A stretch of 63,980 nucleotides of DNA, filler included, from Basidioascus undulatus (GCA_000826855.1; 11 parts of 11 records of this genome joined end to end with filler, not necessarily neighbours in it), one strand, 5' to 3'. Positions 1-14,613 are shown, numbered from the whole stretch's first letter. The notes: a model not told the origin generated them from the sequence alone. Numbers and translations: made by a program.

Positions 1-1128
1 CGGGGCAGCGTGGAGGGGGCGGGACAGGGCAGGTATGAGGGACAGTACTTTGGAGGATACGAGAGTGAGGTGCAATTGTAATAGCTAGCAGGCAGAAAAT
101 GAGAATGAAATGTCTGAGACGAGACTTTGAGTTTTGCAACGGCATTCTCGACGCCAGGTCAATGTACATTCAATAATTAGTTGGCTGAAGCGGACGCTCG
201 ACAGCGACTGCTGTGCGCTGAGGTACGGATGGGAACCACCCGATGCCGTTCCGGTGAAAACGCTGCGGGATTAAAGATGACTTGATGGTTCTTTGAAAGA
301 TCGAGTTAACGAATAGACGCCCTACAGACATGAGAGTGGCGACTGCCGCGTAACCGCCTTCCTGTACTGCGCTGAGCCACCAGGAACGAGGAGCTGATCG
401 AGCAGTCATCAGTGAAAGACCTAACGTTCTTCGGCGAGGAGCTTATCAAATGAACCGGCAGAAGGAGAGCAAGTAGGCGGTGCCGGTGAGGTGCGGGCAT
501 TCCCGGTTGGATGTCGACTTCGGGCGGGTGACTCGCGCTTGGAGAGTGCGGGCTTCGAGATTGAGCGGGGTGCCAAACTAAGCTGGAGAGAAGGAATGCA
601 CGGGGCAGTCAGAGGAAGACCGTCTCTCGGTCGGGGGCGAGGGCGTGTGAGCGCGTCAATTGAAAGTGAGTGTCAAGTAAGAGGGCGAGAGAAACGGCGA
701 TGAGCGTCAGCCAAACTCGTGTCAGGGGAAGAGGTGAGATTGAGCGCGTGAGCGGTGGATAGGAAGGAACGCGGCCGAGGACGATGCAGCGAGAGGCAGG
801 CTGCGTGGAGGTGCGCGATTGAACGGGTGGGGCGGATGAAGGCCGATTGAGCGGAGAGGAGGAAGGGGGGAGGGGGCTACGATCAAGAGGGAGTAGGGAG
901 CGTGGGCGGCGCACGATCGAAGAAGACGACAGTGAGTGGAGTGGGAGACAGCCAGACTAAGGGTGAGCGCAGCGCGTCCCATCCCCATACCCTCCCGCAG
1001 TCCAGTCACCCAACCCGTTTCCATTGCCCCCCGTGTTACGTCTACCTGTGTCCACAATGCCCTGCCCCTTCCCACCCACTTCCCAACCCCTCCTGGTCCC
1101 TTCCTCCCCAGTGTGCAAAGCGACGGGC

Positions 1129-1931
1129 TCAGGCCTCGTCAGTGCGCGCGGCGGAGGGCGCGTCGAAGTACGACCATTGGCCGGGGGCGGGCTTGACCTG
1201 CAGGGGCTCCCATCTTTGTCCGTCCAACCAGCGAGCGCCAGTCAGCTGTTCTCCAGTCTCCTCCGGGGATAGTGTGCCGAGGTAAGTGGCAGAGAGAAAC
1301 AGGAGAGGGGGAAGGGGAAGAGGAGAAGAGGGGAGGGAAGAGGAGGGAAAAGATGGGAGGGGTGGAGGAAGGTGGAAGGGGTGCAGATGTAACGGGAAAG
1401 GTCATCACTCACGCCTTCCACTCGACCATCTTCCCCGCGAGCCTGAGCTCGCTCTGCGCCTCCAGGAGGATCTCCTCGAGCTGGAGTCCCTGGGGCCCCA
1501 GCTCAGCCGGCAAGGCCGCCTCGACGTCCTCGGGCGACTTCTTCGCGTCGAGCGCGGCATTGACGGCGTCGAGGCGCTGCTTGGTAAGCGCTTCGGCGCC
1601 CTGGCGGTACACGGCGGAGGTCGGCATCGTGCGCAGGACCTCGAGCGTCTTCTCGTAGGTCAGGTGGAGATCGCGCACTGGGAGGGAGGAGGTCAGCTGA
1701 GGGTTCGGAGTTGGGTGAGACGGTTTAGGAGGGAAGCGAGTACGGGGTGTGGGGTGCCTGTGATCGGGGATAAGTGAGTGCCATTGGAGGGAAGGGAGAA
1801 TGGGAGGAGGGAACGCACACGTTAATGCCCGTGATGCCCGTAGTCTGCTTGACACGGCCCGGGGCGGGGAGCGAGCCCGGGCGGAAGCGGTCCAGCGTGG
1901 GGCGGGATGCGCGGAACGCAGAGCGGAACAT
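1129..1931 (-). CDS. NDUFA5: NADH:ubiquinone oxidoreductase accessory subunit (NDUFA5/B13 family), spliced
   Basis: Exons read MFRSAFRASRP...KQTTGITGINV / ...LTYEKTLEVLRTMPTSAVYRQGAEALTKQRL...QLEEILLEAQSELRLAGKMVEWKA / WEPLQVKPAPGQWSYF...*, matching the family's TGITGI, YRQ..E and W.PL motifs, with an Arg-rich mitochondrial presequence. Confidence 0.92.
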
Positions 1932-2209
1932 CGTGAGCTAGACGTGGAAGTGAAGGTGAACGGCGAGGTGAGGCAGCCAACGACGAGCAGCGGGTTCGCA
2001 CTCCGGCTTCGGTGCGAGTCGGGTTAGGTTGTCAGCTGTTGAGATGGGATGCCAGTGACACTGACAGTCGCACGATGCGATGCGGCGCGTTTTGCGTTAA
2101 GCAGGGCGTGTTCACCGACGCCGCGATGCAGCGCTGGGATATTAATGGCTCGTGTGCCTCTTGGTCTTGACCGACTACCATCTGCTTGTTCTTCTCCCGT
2201 TCACCACCC

Positions 2210-2782
2210 ATGGCAGAAGACGGGTACCTCCCCGTCCCAGGCGGCGGCGGCAGCGGGCCATCACGCTCAGCCTCGTGGGCGCATTCATTAACGGCGACGC
2301 CTAGAAGGACGGTATCTTTCCTTGGGTGCGTCTTCCTTTCCCTCTCCCTCCTCCCTCCGCGCAGTACTCTCTTTATCTTTTCTTGGTCTTAAGGAAAGCT
2401 GAACCGGGGGCCTTGGGCAGCACTGCTATCCTCTCCGGCCTGCTTTTCCACCTCCTCCTCGCCCTCCTCGGCTTCTTCCCTTCCCCCTCCTCCTCCTCCT
2501 TCTCCCTTCTCCCCTCCTCACCCTCCGAATTCTCGCGCCCCGAACCGCCCGCATCAATACCCGACGCCGGCGCGCCCTCGGAGCAGGAACTAAAAGACTG
2601 GCAGCCCGTCCCCCCGGGGGAGGACTGGGAGACGCCGGCGCCAGCTGGACCTGATGAGGGGAAGGAGCAGGGGGAGGAAGAGGGGGGGGAGGTGGTGGAG
2701 GAGGAGGAGGATGAGAAGCTCCTGAAGATGGTGGAGACGAGGCACGGGTACTACGCGAGGGACTACTCGCTCTGGCTGGGTT
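2210..2782 (+). CDS. 5' part of a membrane-anchored protein, possibly O-fucosyltransferase-like; truncated
   Basis: ATG 2210, intron from ~2312, hydrophobic anchor (LSGLLFHLLLALLGFF), acidic stem, then HGYYARDYSLWLG and a GTACGT donor. The motif resembles the start of fungal O-FucT-like domains (recalled, not searched). The next exon is absent. Confidence 0.5.
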
Positions 2783-2927
2783 GTACGTTGTCCTCCCTTC
2801 CCCTCCCCTCTCTTTCCTCCTTTTCCCTCCCCGTCCTTCTTTCCCGTCTCCCTCCTTCTTTCGCCTTTCCCTCCCTCTATCCCCTTCCTCCCCCCCTTCC
2901 TCCTCCTTTCCCTAATTCCTCTACATA

Positions 2928-3829
2928 CTAAACCGGGAGGGGCGGGGTGGGCGGGAGTTCCTCAGCGGGGACGCGCGCCTGCGCCGGCGGCCGCGGGGTC
3001 TTCTCCGCCGCTGAGTCGCGGCGCAGGGGCGCAGCGAGGTGGCTCCCCAGCGCAGGGACGAGCGGGCCGATCGTCTTCCACGCCTCGGCGATTTCCGCCA
3101 TCGCGCCGTACAGCATGAGGACGAGTGTCCTTGCAAACCGCGCGTCCACCTCAGTCTCCTTCAGCTGCGCCTGCACAGCGCCGACGACCTGGCTGAACGC
3201 GGTGGACGCGCCCCGCACGGCGTCCAGGACCGCGCGGGTGTCGGGTCCCTTGAGCGAGTCGATCAGGTGCGCGAGCGCCGTGCCTGCGGGGGAGAGCATG
3301 CGCGTCGTGATGGACGCGACGGTGGGCGGGGCGACGATGGCGAACTGGCGGATGGCGGTGTGGGTCTGGGTGAGGGCGAAGAGGAGCCCGCGGGCGGCGT
3401 CGAGGAAGGACGTGAGCTCCTGCGGCGTGCCCGGGTCGGACTGTACGCCGAGGCGCGCAAAGTACTGCGCGGTCTCGGTGACGGGGTCGCTGGGCGCGTG
3501 CGGGGAGTAGAGGTGCGCGTTCTCGTGCGCGATGTGGCTCGTGGTCGAGTCGACGGGGGAGACGTCGTCCGTCGTCGCCATGCGGGGCGAAGCGCTGCCT
3601 TGCCTGCCGGGGACGGGCGTGCGGTCCGCGCCCCCAAAGTCGCGCTCGCGGTGCTCGCGCCGGAGATCGGGCAGGCTCTTCTTCCCACGCAGGTCGCGCA
3701 CCGCGCCCGCGCCTGCCGAGCGCTGCGTCACGGCCGTGTGTGAGGCGTTGCGGCCGTGGTGGTGCGGGGCGTGCAAGATCCGAGTGGGGGAGAGGAGCGT
3801 CGGGGAGGGGAGGTCCGGCTCGGGGGGAA
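2928..3829 (-). CDS. SOG2: RAM-network protein Sog2, internal fragment (SOG2 domain)
   Basis: ORF 2928-3776 contains FLDAARGLLFALTQTHTAIRQF and VDARFARTLVLMLYGAMAEIAEAW, characteristic SOG2-domain helices. Runs off the contig at 3829. Confidence 0.8.
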
Positions 3830-3929
3830 NNNNNNNNNNNNNNNNNNNNNNNNNNNNNNNNNNNNNNNNNNNNTTAATTAATTAANNNNNNNNNNNNNNN
3901 NNNNNNNNNNNNNNNNNNNNNNNNNNNNN
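3830..3929. other. Artificial contig spacer (44 N + TTAATTAATTAA + 44 N), first of ten
   Basis: Identical spacers at 28733-28832, 32661-32760, 36588-36687, 40514-40613, 44435-44534, 48356-48455, 52273-52372, 56189-56288 and 60085-60184. The core gives stops in all six frames. Confidence 0.99.
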
Positions 3930-6900
3930 CCGGCGCAGCGGGCGCGGCCGAGCCGCTGCTCGACGGCAGCTTGTTTCCATCGGGCTGCGCGAAGACGTCG
4001 TGTCCCGGGGCGAGAGGGGCGACGACATGGGTGTTTTCCGCTGTCGTCTCAGCGGCGACCCGCGCCTGCTCGACTGCGTCGTGCTTGGCGTTCTCCTCCG
4101 CGATGAGGCGCGCGCGAGCGTCGGATTCGGGGTTGACGGCAAGCGTGGCTGGGATGCTCGCTTTGTCTGGGGCGCTCGTTTCATACCCGGCATAGTTTTG
4201 CCTGTAAAGTGTGAACTCATGAGCGGACGCATCGAAAAGGAAAGTGGTTTTGTGAGTGTTTCGACGTACGGGAAGTCCCCGCTGAGATAAAGAGAGCATC
4301 AGCAATCAGCAACGTACTGGCTGTCGGAGCCACAAGGATCAAAGACATACCAAGAGAAGTCCCACGTCTTGAGCCACTTAGATCTCTGGCATTCTGTTCC
4401 AAAGCAACCAGAACCCATCAGCTTCTATTGCTGCATCGCTCGGAAGACACGCACCCTTCCTCGTCCACTGGTTACCGTACGCGAGCGGGCTGAAGTGCGC
4501 GTAGCAGTACAAGACGAGGATGAGGACGACCGCGGCAGCCTGGAGTCGGACGCGCGGCTTGAACGTCGCTGTGATGAAGTCGAAGACGGCGCAGGTGAGG
4601 AGAATCGCGAAGTAAAGCGCCTGGATGAAGGGATAACAAATTAGCTTGCGAGCTGATCAATCCGATAATGTGCGAAATGGACGACTGACAGGGAAGTAAT
4701 GGTGCAGGAAGAGCTGCCGGTTCATGAGGAAGAAAGGCGCGTAATGGAACGCCCAGCCGATGAAGAGGAACCCGCAGACCTCATCGTAGAAGACGACCGA
4801 CGCTGAGCACGGACCAGCGACTCAGTACGCGTGCATCTCCCACGGATCACGAGTTCTTCCCAACGCACAGTGGTTGAAGTCCTTGTACCCCCTCTTCGCG
4901 CGAAGGATGAGCAACCCGCGCACGACCGCGTAGAGCGCGACGCTGAGCGTGCTGAGCCACCAGACGACGGGGTTGCCGATGAGGTACACCTGGCGGTGCT
5001 CCTTGACCCAGAAGTTGATCCCCCGGCGCAGGATCGGCCACGACCACGGGCGCGAGTCGTACGCGTGCCGGTCCGTGAGCCCGGCGTTCGTCCGCCACAT
5101 GACGGCGTTGAGCTCGAGGAACTTTGACAGGAAGGACGGGCGCCGGTAATTGACTTTGTCGTCGTTGTCGTTGACTGCGGATTGTACCAGAACGGACCAA
5201 ACAGTCAGACGAGTGAATTTTCTCTCAGTGAGAAGGGAAGACGGCGTACGCAGAGGGTGCTCGTTCGTCTCAATGTACCAGATCGAGTTGTCCATCGCAG
5301 GGTTCTTGTTGCACGTCACCTCCTGCTGCTCGAAGCCCCAGTCGGGGAGCTTGACCTTGTGCGAGAAAAGGTAGCAGCCGGTGAGGGTGTGCTTGAGGCG
5401 GAACTTGGTGCGAATCGCGCGCAGCCGCTTGCGCGAGTGCCGGTCGTGTGCGTCGCCCTGGTAGATCTCGATGCGCCAACTGCCCCGCCGCCGCCGCTCA
5501 GCCGCCGCACCTCCTCCTTGACTGAAGCAAAGCGCTCACTTGTCATTAGCGTCGCCAGCGAATCCCGGGAACCCGTACGCAGAGACCTCGTTCTGGAAGT
5601 CGACCTCCGAGACAGGCGGGCGGATGTCGTGCGAGTGCAGGCGCTTCTCGGTCGAGACGTGCTCAAAGCGGACGAGCATGCCGTCGGTTATGTGCACGAG
5701 CGGGCTCGTCTCGTACAGGTAGTGCTCGTTGTCCGCGTTGTGGCCCGAGGCGTTGAAGATCCGCCAGAGGTTGTTGTCGTCGCGGTGAGGGTAGAGCGTC
5801 ACTTGTTGCTCTGTCGGTTGGGGAGTCGCAGCGGAATTGTAGCGCGGATCAGTGATGACCTTTCTCATCGTTCTAGATATAGACGTACGCATGGAGCCGG
5901 AAGGGTACGTCTGGACGTGGGAGTGGAGGTAGCCGCCCTGCGTGTTCAGGTGGCGAATCGCGATCTTGCTGCCGACGGCGACGTCTGGGCGCCCCACTAA
6001 TCCGCATCAGCACCTCTGGTCATTCCCTCCCTCCCTGGCCACCACCGCCCACTCACCAGCCGACGTGTCCTTCATGCCGTGCCCCCTCAAAGTATGCTGG
6101 AACTCGGAGCTCATGAAGCCGTCGCCGGAGCCAGAGTTCGAAAGGATGAGGAAGTGGATCTCGAACATGAGCATGTAGAAGACTATGGGGACGACGATGA
6201 GGCCGAGCGCGCGCGCGCAGAAGTGCTTGAAGAGCAGCCGCGGCGCGATGCGAAGGTCGCCGAGGAGGTACCAAAGCTGGCGGATAGTCGCGAGCCCCAC
6301 GGTCGCGATCGTGAACAGGCCGACCTGTGTGCGGGCAACGCAGTCTGCATCAGCAGGTTGTCGCTGAAGGACGGTGGTCGGGCTTGGTGCAATGTTTTCA
6401 CGCACCCACTTGCAGCTCGTAACAGCACCCAAAGCGAGTCCCGTAAGCGTGAGCCAAGTCCACCAGCTCTTCTTGAACTGGCGCTGGGGGACCTTGTCCT
6501 CGTTCGCGAAGCCCGTCCAGAAGAAAGCGGCGAGGGCGGTGAAGAAGATGAGTGGGCTGTCGAGGAGGATGAGCCGGCTCTGCGTGATGAGACCGTTCTC
6601 GAACGTCACGAGGAGCGCGCCGAGGAGCGCTGTCGCGACACGGCAGTGCAGCGCGCGGAGCGTCAGGTACGCCAGCGGGACGAGCGCGACGCCGAGGATG
6701 GCGGGCAGGAATCGCATGGCGACGTAGGGGACGCCGGGCTCGAGGTAGTCGCTTGAAGAAGAGGAGGACTCGTGAGATGAAGGCGAAACAGGGAGACGGG
6801 TGGAAGGACGCACTCGCCAATATCTTTGAAGGCAAAGTCCCCGTTGTAGCCGGCGATGAAACCGGCGAGGGTAATGAGGAGCTTGGCGAGAGGAGGATGG

Positions 6901-7370
6901 ACGTCCATGAAGAACCTGCAGCATGAAGGTAAGATCCTGATAGCATCCCGGCAAGCAGGAGGGACAGCGTACTTGGATTTGATGTACTTGGACGCGAACC
7001 CTCCGAAATGCACCTCGTCGAACCTGCCGCCCAGCTTCAGCCCCCCGCATTCACCCATTCCAACGCGCCATAAAGATCAAACTCACACAACGCTCGACGG
7101 CTGCCCCAACCTCCACAGCCTCACAAAGAGCGCCAGCAGAACCACGAACGCGAGCAGCCTGTACTCTCCGCGGGAGAGCTCGAGCCCGCCCGACGCGCGC
7201 ACGCGGCGCGACTTGGGATCGGACCCGGACGTCGCTATCGGTCGGTCGTCCTTGGGCGTGGGCGGTGTTGGAGGGTATGAGGAGGAGGGCGTGGGCGTGG
7301 AGAGGGATGGCTTGCGCGGGCGCGTTCGCACGTCCGCTGCGCTGGGCGCGAAGGCGGCGGAGCTGGACAT
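3930..7370 (-). CDS. PMT1: Dolichyl-phosphate-mannose:protein O-mannosyltransferase, Pmt1 subfamily; multi-exon, extreme C-terminus off contig
   Basis: PSSVV/FDEVHFGGFASKYI, FFMDVHPPLAKLL, SRLILLDSPL, SCKWVGLFT, GDGFMSSEFQ, MIR repeats (GGYLHSH, EKRLHSHD), HAYDSRPWSWPILRRGINFW...VYLIGNPVVWW, WLKTWDF. Subfamily assigned from recalled motifs. Confidence 0.95.
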
Positions 7371-9263
7371 TGGTGTAGGGAGTGCGAGGCGTGTATGTAT
7401 GATGAGGAAGAAAGGAATGAGAGTCGGTGTTGCTTGTTATGGGCGGACGCAGGGGACGGTGGTAAGGGAGCGAGAGGTGCGGAAGGGAGAAGACTGCGAA
7501 CAACAGTGCCGGCCGGATCAGCAAACGCGATACCACCGCTGATCCCAGGCGTTTCCAATCTCCGCTCGAATGCATGCTACAGGGAAGTTACACGCACCTA
7601 TCGGATGTACTTTCAAGGAGTACACCACCCGAGTGGGCAATTCAGCCTCAGACTCGCACTGAAATGAGCCTGGAGAAGTCAGTGTGAGGCTTCCCAGTCG
7701 GCGAGGCATAGGGTATAAGAAGACGCACCTCGGCCTAAAGCTGAGCGCCGACTCAGTCTATACTGCTTGCAATATGACTGGGCGGTAAGATGCCCTGCGG
7801 GTTTCGTATGAGAAGACGTTTGGGATGTGGTGTTGGAGGTGCAGCGCAGCGTCCACGGCACGCTGGCCGCAGCGTGTCGTTTCGCCGAAAGGAAGTCATG
7901 CCGAAAACTTCATTTCGGCGATGCAGCCTGAAACGCTGCGCGACAGAACATCCAGCTGGCTCATTCGCTGTGCAGTCTCTTTTTGATTTTCTCAGAATAC
8001 AAGGTCCCATGTTCACTTTCTCCAAGGATACTCAGGTGCTTCTTGCCAAGGGGTCATCCAGCCATGAATGCGCGCACAGCTGGCTTGCCTGATCTGATAG
8101 GTCGAATCGCCGTTGCCTTTTCCTTCTATTCCTATTCAACGTCACAAGAATAAAACTTCTCTTCCCAACACCCGATTAAACAATGTAGCACTCGACTGGG
8201 CTGGACAGCTTACAGAAAGCTCAGCGAATCCACAACGGCTGGAAGGACGGTAAGAGAGCCATCACCTGAAGCGGTGTGAAGGGCTGACAAGACATGGTGG
8301 TCGCAAGCGAAGGGCAATATGTAACGAAGGATAACATACCAAATGTTTCTCCTTTTGATCTAGACAAGGCTTGATGCTTTGAACATCTCGGGCTCCCCTC
8401 TTCCCCCTTCCCCCCAGACGGCCTGACTTGGGTGCGCGCAGACTCTGGTGAAGCATGGGCTTCAGGGCCGGGTTAAACGACTGAAGGGAAATGGGCTGTT
8501 GGGCACATGAGCTTTCAGGCCGAAGGGGAGGGTTCAAGCGGCTTGCGATCTCATTCAGTCGCGCGCAAGCTGAGGCCTGAGGAGGTGCAGAGTGCATCGA
8601 TATTGGTGGTTGGACTGTTTGCAGATCCACTTCTATCTTGCTGTGCTCTAGTTGCGGCAGGTACACGTAGACCGCTTTACCCACAATTGATCCAACGTTC
8701 CCAGGACTTGAAGAATGGGGAACTTTATCCAACGAATCTCTGTCTTAAAAGAAGACGCAGCCGACCTTGGTACTTCGAGAGGACTGCCTACGCCGCGTCC
8801 GGTGCGGTCGCAAGTCCATCACACGTTAAGTGAGACGGAGAACATTTTGTAAGTACTTGAGCATTGAAAGCCCCGAAGAGAGGTTGTTTGATGAAGGAAC
8901 CCGAAGCAAAGCGTGTAATGGAAGCCTGAGCGGATCGTTCGTGGCACACTGATACTCGTTTTCCGAGCACCTTGCAGGTTTACGGGTGGGGGTTTTGAGA
9001 AGTATAATGGCCAGGAAGTTTGCATCGAAGCAATGCAAGGTCGCTGTGCTGCTTGCAACCAGTGATTCCCTGAAAGTCGCCGCTATCTCCGCGGCGTCTC
9101 GGCCATTCGGCGCGGTCCCTGCCGAGCCTCAGCCAAACAATCTTGAATTCCTGTCCACCCTCCGTCGCACGCCCAACTACCGCTCCTGGCCTCCTCCATC
9201 ATTTCCACGCTCCAATACACCCCCACACATACGCACACATTTCATAGCAGCACATCATCCGCA

Positions 9264-10565
<1,302 letters not shown>

Positions 10566-11484
10566 ACTCCGCTCCGCTGTTTCTCCGCTGCTTCTCTTCA
10601 TTTCGCCTCTATACCTATTCAACATCGGACAGCATGATCCTGCATCGCGCATTCCCCAAACGCCTCTTCTTTCTTTCTCATTGGGATCCTGATGATTTTC
10701 TCTATTCCTGGTTCTTCGGTTCTTTTCAACTCTCTTGTCCGTCGCATCGCATCCGTCTCGCTCGTACTGGTCACGCTTGAAATGACGTTTCACACGCACG
10801 TCCATACATATACGCATGCCCGCATCTCTCAATGGATGCGAGCAGTCCGTGCGAGTGCGCAAGTGCAAACGGCCGTTACGGCGTGCATTGCGCTGAGGAG
10901 AGGGCAGAGTGGTGTGGACAGCGTGAGGGATGGTTTAAGCTGGAGGAAATGCAACCAACTGCGTTTACTTTGAGGTAAGGTGGACGCGAACGGCCTCTTA
11001 TCGAATGCCAGAAGAGGTGGGCAAAGATCTAGTCAACGGGCCTACGCTGTTCGTGAAAATGCCTGGTGGTCATGCCATGGACCTCGTGCTTCGGAATGTA
11101 CAAATTTTCAGGACACGTTCTCAGAATGCGAGTGAACAGCATATTCGCACATTCGTTTGCAGTACGCAAGTTGGTGCATTTCGCGTCAGACGATACCTCT
11201 CGAGAAGGCAGGGTAGAGGGTTCATGAGGGCCGCTGCATCACTCCGTAGACTGCAATGGGAGGCAGCACCGCATCAACACAATGCAAGACTGCACAGGTA
11301 AGGGTAGCTCCTCCGATATTCAGCGTGCTGCCTGGTCTCAGGCTCAGGTTTCAATGGACCTTAGTGGGCGTTGCGCAACACACATAGCCACAGGGTACAC
11401 CAGAGGTACAGAAATGATGCGGCAACCCAATGATTGATTGGTGAGATATGGGACCTTTACAACGGCTATAGAAAGGTTTCAAAG

Positions 11485-11770
11485 CTACTGGGCCAACTTC
11501 CCGATGTCGATGTAACCCTCCGAGGACGTCTGGGGCGTGCCGACGATGGCGTTGTACTTCGAGATCGCCGGCGGGTGCGAGGCGGGCTGCAGCGGAGACT
11601 GGTAGAGCACTTGCCCCGCCTGTTGGTCATTCACGAGCAGCCTGGAAACTTCTACGCGTCAGAAAGAACTTAAAAAGGTATGGTGATGGTGTCGACCATC
11701 ACCGGAGCATGTCTGGACGAGAGTAGTGCCCGACGGGGCCGGCAAACGCCTTCGCCTTGAGGCTTGCCAA
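11485..11770 (-). pseudogene. Relic C-terminal end of a nitrilase/cyanide-hydratase family gene
   Basis: Two exons splice to ASLKAKAFAGPVGHYSRPDMLR/LLVNDQQ...IGKLAQ*. GHYSRPD is the nitrilase C-terminal signature. No intact catalytic exons were seen upstream. Confidence 0.7.
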
Positions 11771-12824
11771 GGTACAAACAAACAACCTGCGCTCAATATG
11801 GTTCCCTGACTGTTTGCGTCCGTGCACTCTGATCCGGAAAGAGGTGGAAGGATGGCTGAAGCCCACGGCATTAGACGTGTCTCACCAGTGTTTCTCCTGG
11901 TGATTGACGCGCTGTTATACAGACGGAAGCACGTAGAAGGATTGACATCTACAGACCCGGAGTTTATTCCCCGGGTTGATAAGACAAAAATGTGGCTTTG
12001 TGGCTTGAGAGCGGACGACTGTGCTCCAACAGCGCGCACCCGATCTGCTGGTCCTCCCAGCTTGGTTTTTCCGGAACACCCTCATCTCATTCCACTCACC
12101 GACGGCGAGGACGCCGGCGAGGATACGCACTTTCTTCGTTCTTTCATTCCAGTCTGCACGCCGTTGCTGCAGGGTCGCCGTCGCAAAGCTCGATCAGGCC
12201 TCAGACAACGTTGGGCCAAACAGCCTCTGCCCGCCGCTCGGTCTTCCACGCGACACGCGGGCCAGCCCTGACGGAGCGTCCCCTTGCCGTGGCTCTTTCG
12301 CCCTCGCCCTCGTGCTCCTGCCGCTTGGACTCTACTCGACCCGCCCATCCGCGCCGGCGCCGACGCGCTTCTGCACGACGAGCACGAGTGTTCAAACGGC
12401 GCTGTACGTGTGCTGCATCCGTCCGAGGGGGATCTATCTGCTTCCGCCACTGGTGGACGGTGAGTCTGTCCGCTCAAAATAAAGGCGATTCCCGGGCTCG
12501 CGGTGGGATCTGGGGTTGGGTCTGGGGCTGTACATCTGACCATATTGTTCATCAAATATTTCCATACAGCCATACCGACGAGCATCCTTCGCTTCCCCGC
12601 GACCTTGCCTCTCGGGCGTCTCCGATCGAGCAAAGCGAGCCTGCTGCCTGTGCGTGACGCTCTCCTCGCTTCTAGCGCAGATCCCGCATGGCTGGGGCTA
12701 TTCCTCACTCTAAGCATGGCTAGGCACCGCGTGTCACAAAAAAAAAATTACCGCAAATTCATAGCAGCCATCAGCACATTAACGCCCTCACATCTTCCCG
12801 TCCACCGCCGCCTCCTCGCCCGCG

Positions 12825-14613
12825 ATGCTCTCCGCACCCGCATCGCCCTCGCACCTCTGCCCGAGTCCGCCACCACCATCGCGCCCAGGATCGGGGCAGG
12901 CCGTGCAGACGCAACCTCCCAATCCCTATGCGCAGCCGTCCCTTCCCCCCATTCGGTCTCTGCACCGCCCGGCGTTCCCCTCCTTCGACGCGCTCTCTGC
13001 AGGGCGCCGCGGATCACTCACCGACCCATCCCTGCACCTCTCCTCCCCCTCTCCCTTCTCCAATCAATGTCCTAATACTCCCGCGTCTTCCGCATCCCAA
13101 CCGCCGCGATTCGACACCCTCTCCCCCTTCACCGCCGCGCAGCAGCAGCAGCCCGGTCCTCCCAGTCCTGGCGGCTCGCGCGCGAGCTCCCCGCGTGGCG
13201 GAAGATACGGCGGGTTGGAGCCGGGATATGACTTTCCTGCGCGGAGGCACTCTTTTGCCGTGGTGGACGGGGCGCACCACCAGGGATCCCACCAAATGCA
13301 CCAGCAGCACCATCCCTTCCAGTCCCAGTCTTCGCGGGGATCCCTCGCGAGCATCACCTCCCCTCCGCCGTCGTACCTCGCGCGACCACCTCCACCGCCG
13401 TCTGCGTTCCCCGGCCCCCACCACCACCTGAAGCGCAAGACGTCCTCCGACTACGCGCTCGGTCCTTCCCCGCTCGAGTCGCCCTCCGCAGCAGGCGCCG
13501 CCGCCGCGAGCGAATACTCGCCTTCCCCGCCGCCATCCGCCTTCGCCTTCCCGCCCCCCGCGAAGCGCCGGGGCTCCGCGTTCGACGCAAAGATCGCGAA
13601 CCTCTCACTGCAGGACCGGCGAGACAGCGCGGAGAGCCTGCTCTCGCTCGGGCGGCGCTCGTCCGCGCAGTCCGTCGTCACTGCCGCGTCTTCCGGCGCG
13701 CCCGACGAGCGCCGTGACTCGGCGGGCAGCAGCATCTGGTCGCATGGCTCTGGTGAATCCTCCGGCAGCGGCTCGACGACGTACGCGCCCGCGTCGTCCT
13801 CGTCGCAACACCAGCAGCCCCCGCCCGTCTCGTCCGGGCCGTCTCTGCCCGCAGCGGGCGACCGACGCGCGAGCGCGCCCAACGCCCTGCCCTCGCACCT
13901 CAAGGACACGCCGTACAGCCGGAGCCCGGAGCTGCGCGTCAGCCACAAGCTCGCGGAGCGCAAGCGCCGGAAGGAAATGAAGGAACTGTTCGATGAGCTC
14001 CGGGACGGACTGCCGAGCGAGAGGCCCGCGATGACCAAGAGCAGCAAGTGGGAGATCTTGAGCAAGGGTCCGTTCCGTTTCCTTCGTGGGTTCGGTGGAT
14101 GAAAATGGTGGATGCTGAGATTTCGTCGCGCATTGCCGGTTGGGTGGGTTCCGAGCAGCCGTCGACTACATCCATACCGTCAAGCAAACGCAAGAAGACA
14201 TGCAGCGCGAGATCGACTCGCTGCGGCATCAGCTCGAGCTTGCGCGCCAGCAGAACCAGTCCCAGCCCCATCCGCACCCTTCCCATCTGCACTCTCACCC
14301 GCACCCCCACGCGCACCAACATCCGCACTCCCAACAATCCCAACAACCTCAATCACCCCACCCCGCCCAGCAACAACCACCCCCGCAGCAGCACTATCCT
14401 CCGCCATATCCCTCGCACGCACAGCACCAGCAGGCGTACGCCCCTTCTGCAGGCGCACCCCCCGGCCCGCGCTGGCAGGCCGCCCCTCCGCCGCCGGGCC
14501 CACCGGGCGGACAGCCCCACTGGACGCACGTGCCTTCTCCATACGGGAGAGGCGGCGGCGGCCCAGGACCGGGGCCGGGACCGGGGCCCCGCGACGGCAG
14601 CGCGGGCGGATGA
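12825..14613 (+). CDS. bHLH transcription factor, Esc1/Hpa3-like
   Basis: [36 protein letters not shown]...[10 protein letters not shown] / [10 protein letters not shown]. One intron at ~14069-14158; Pro/Ser/His/Gln-rich flanks. Confidence 0.92.

Noticed and set aside
1..500. Short minus-strand ORFs and a TGATGA box suggesting a gene or C/D snoRNA
   Set aside because: No recognisable protein, and I saw no suitably placed D box or terminal stem; more likely untranslated leader or intron sequence of a gene off the contig.
7560..9000. Lower-GC region between PMT1 and FUR1 as a transposon remnant
   Set aside because: No terminal repeats, transposase or RT motifs could be recognised by eye.
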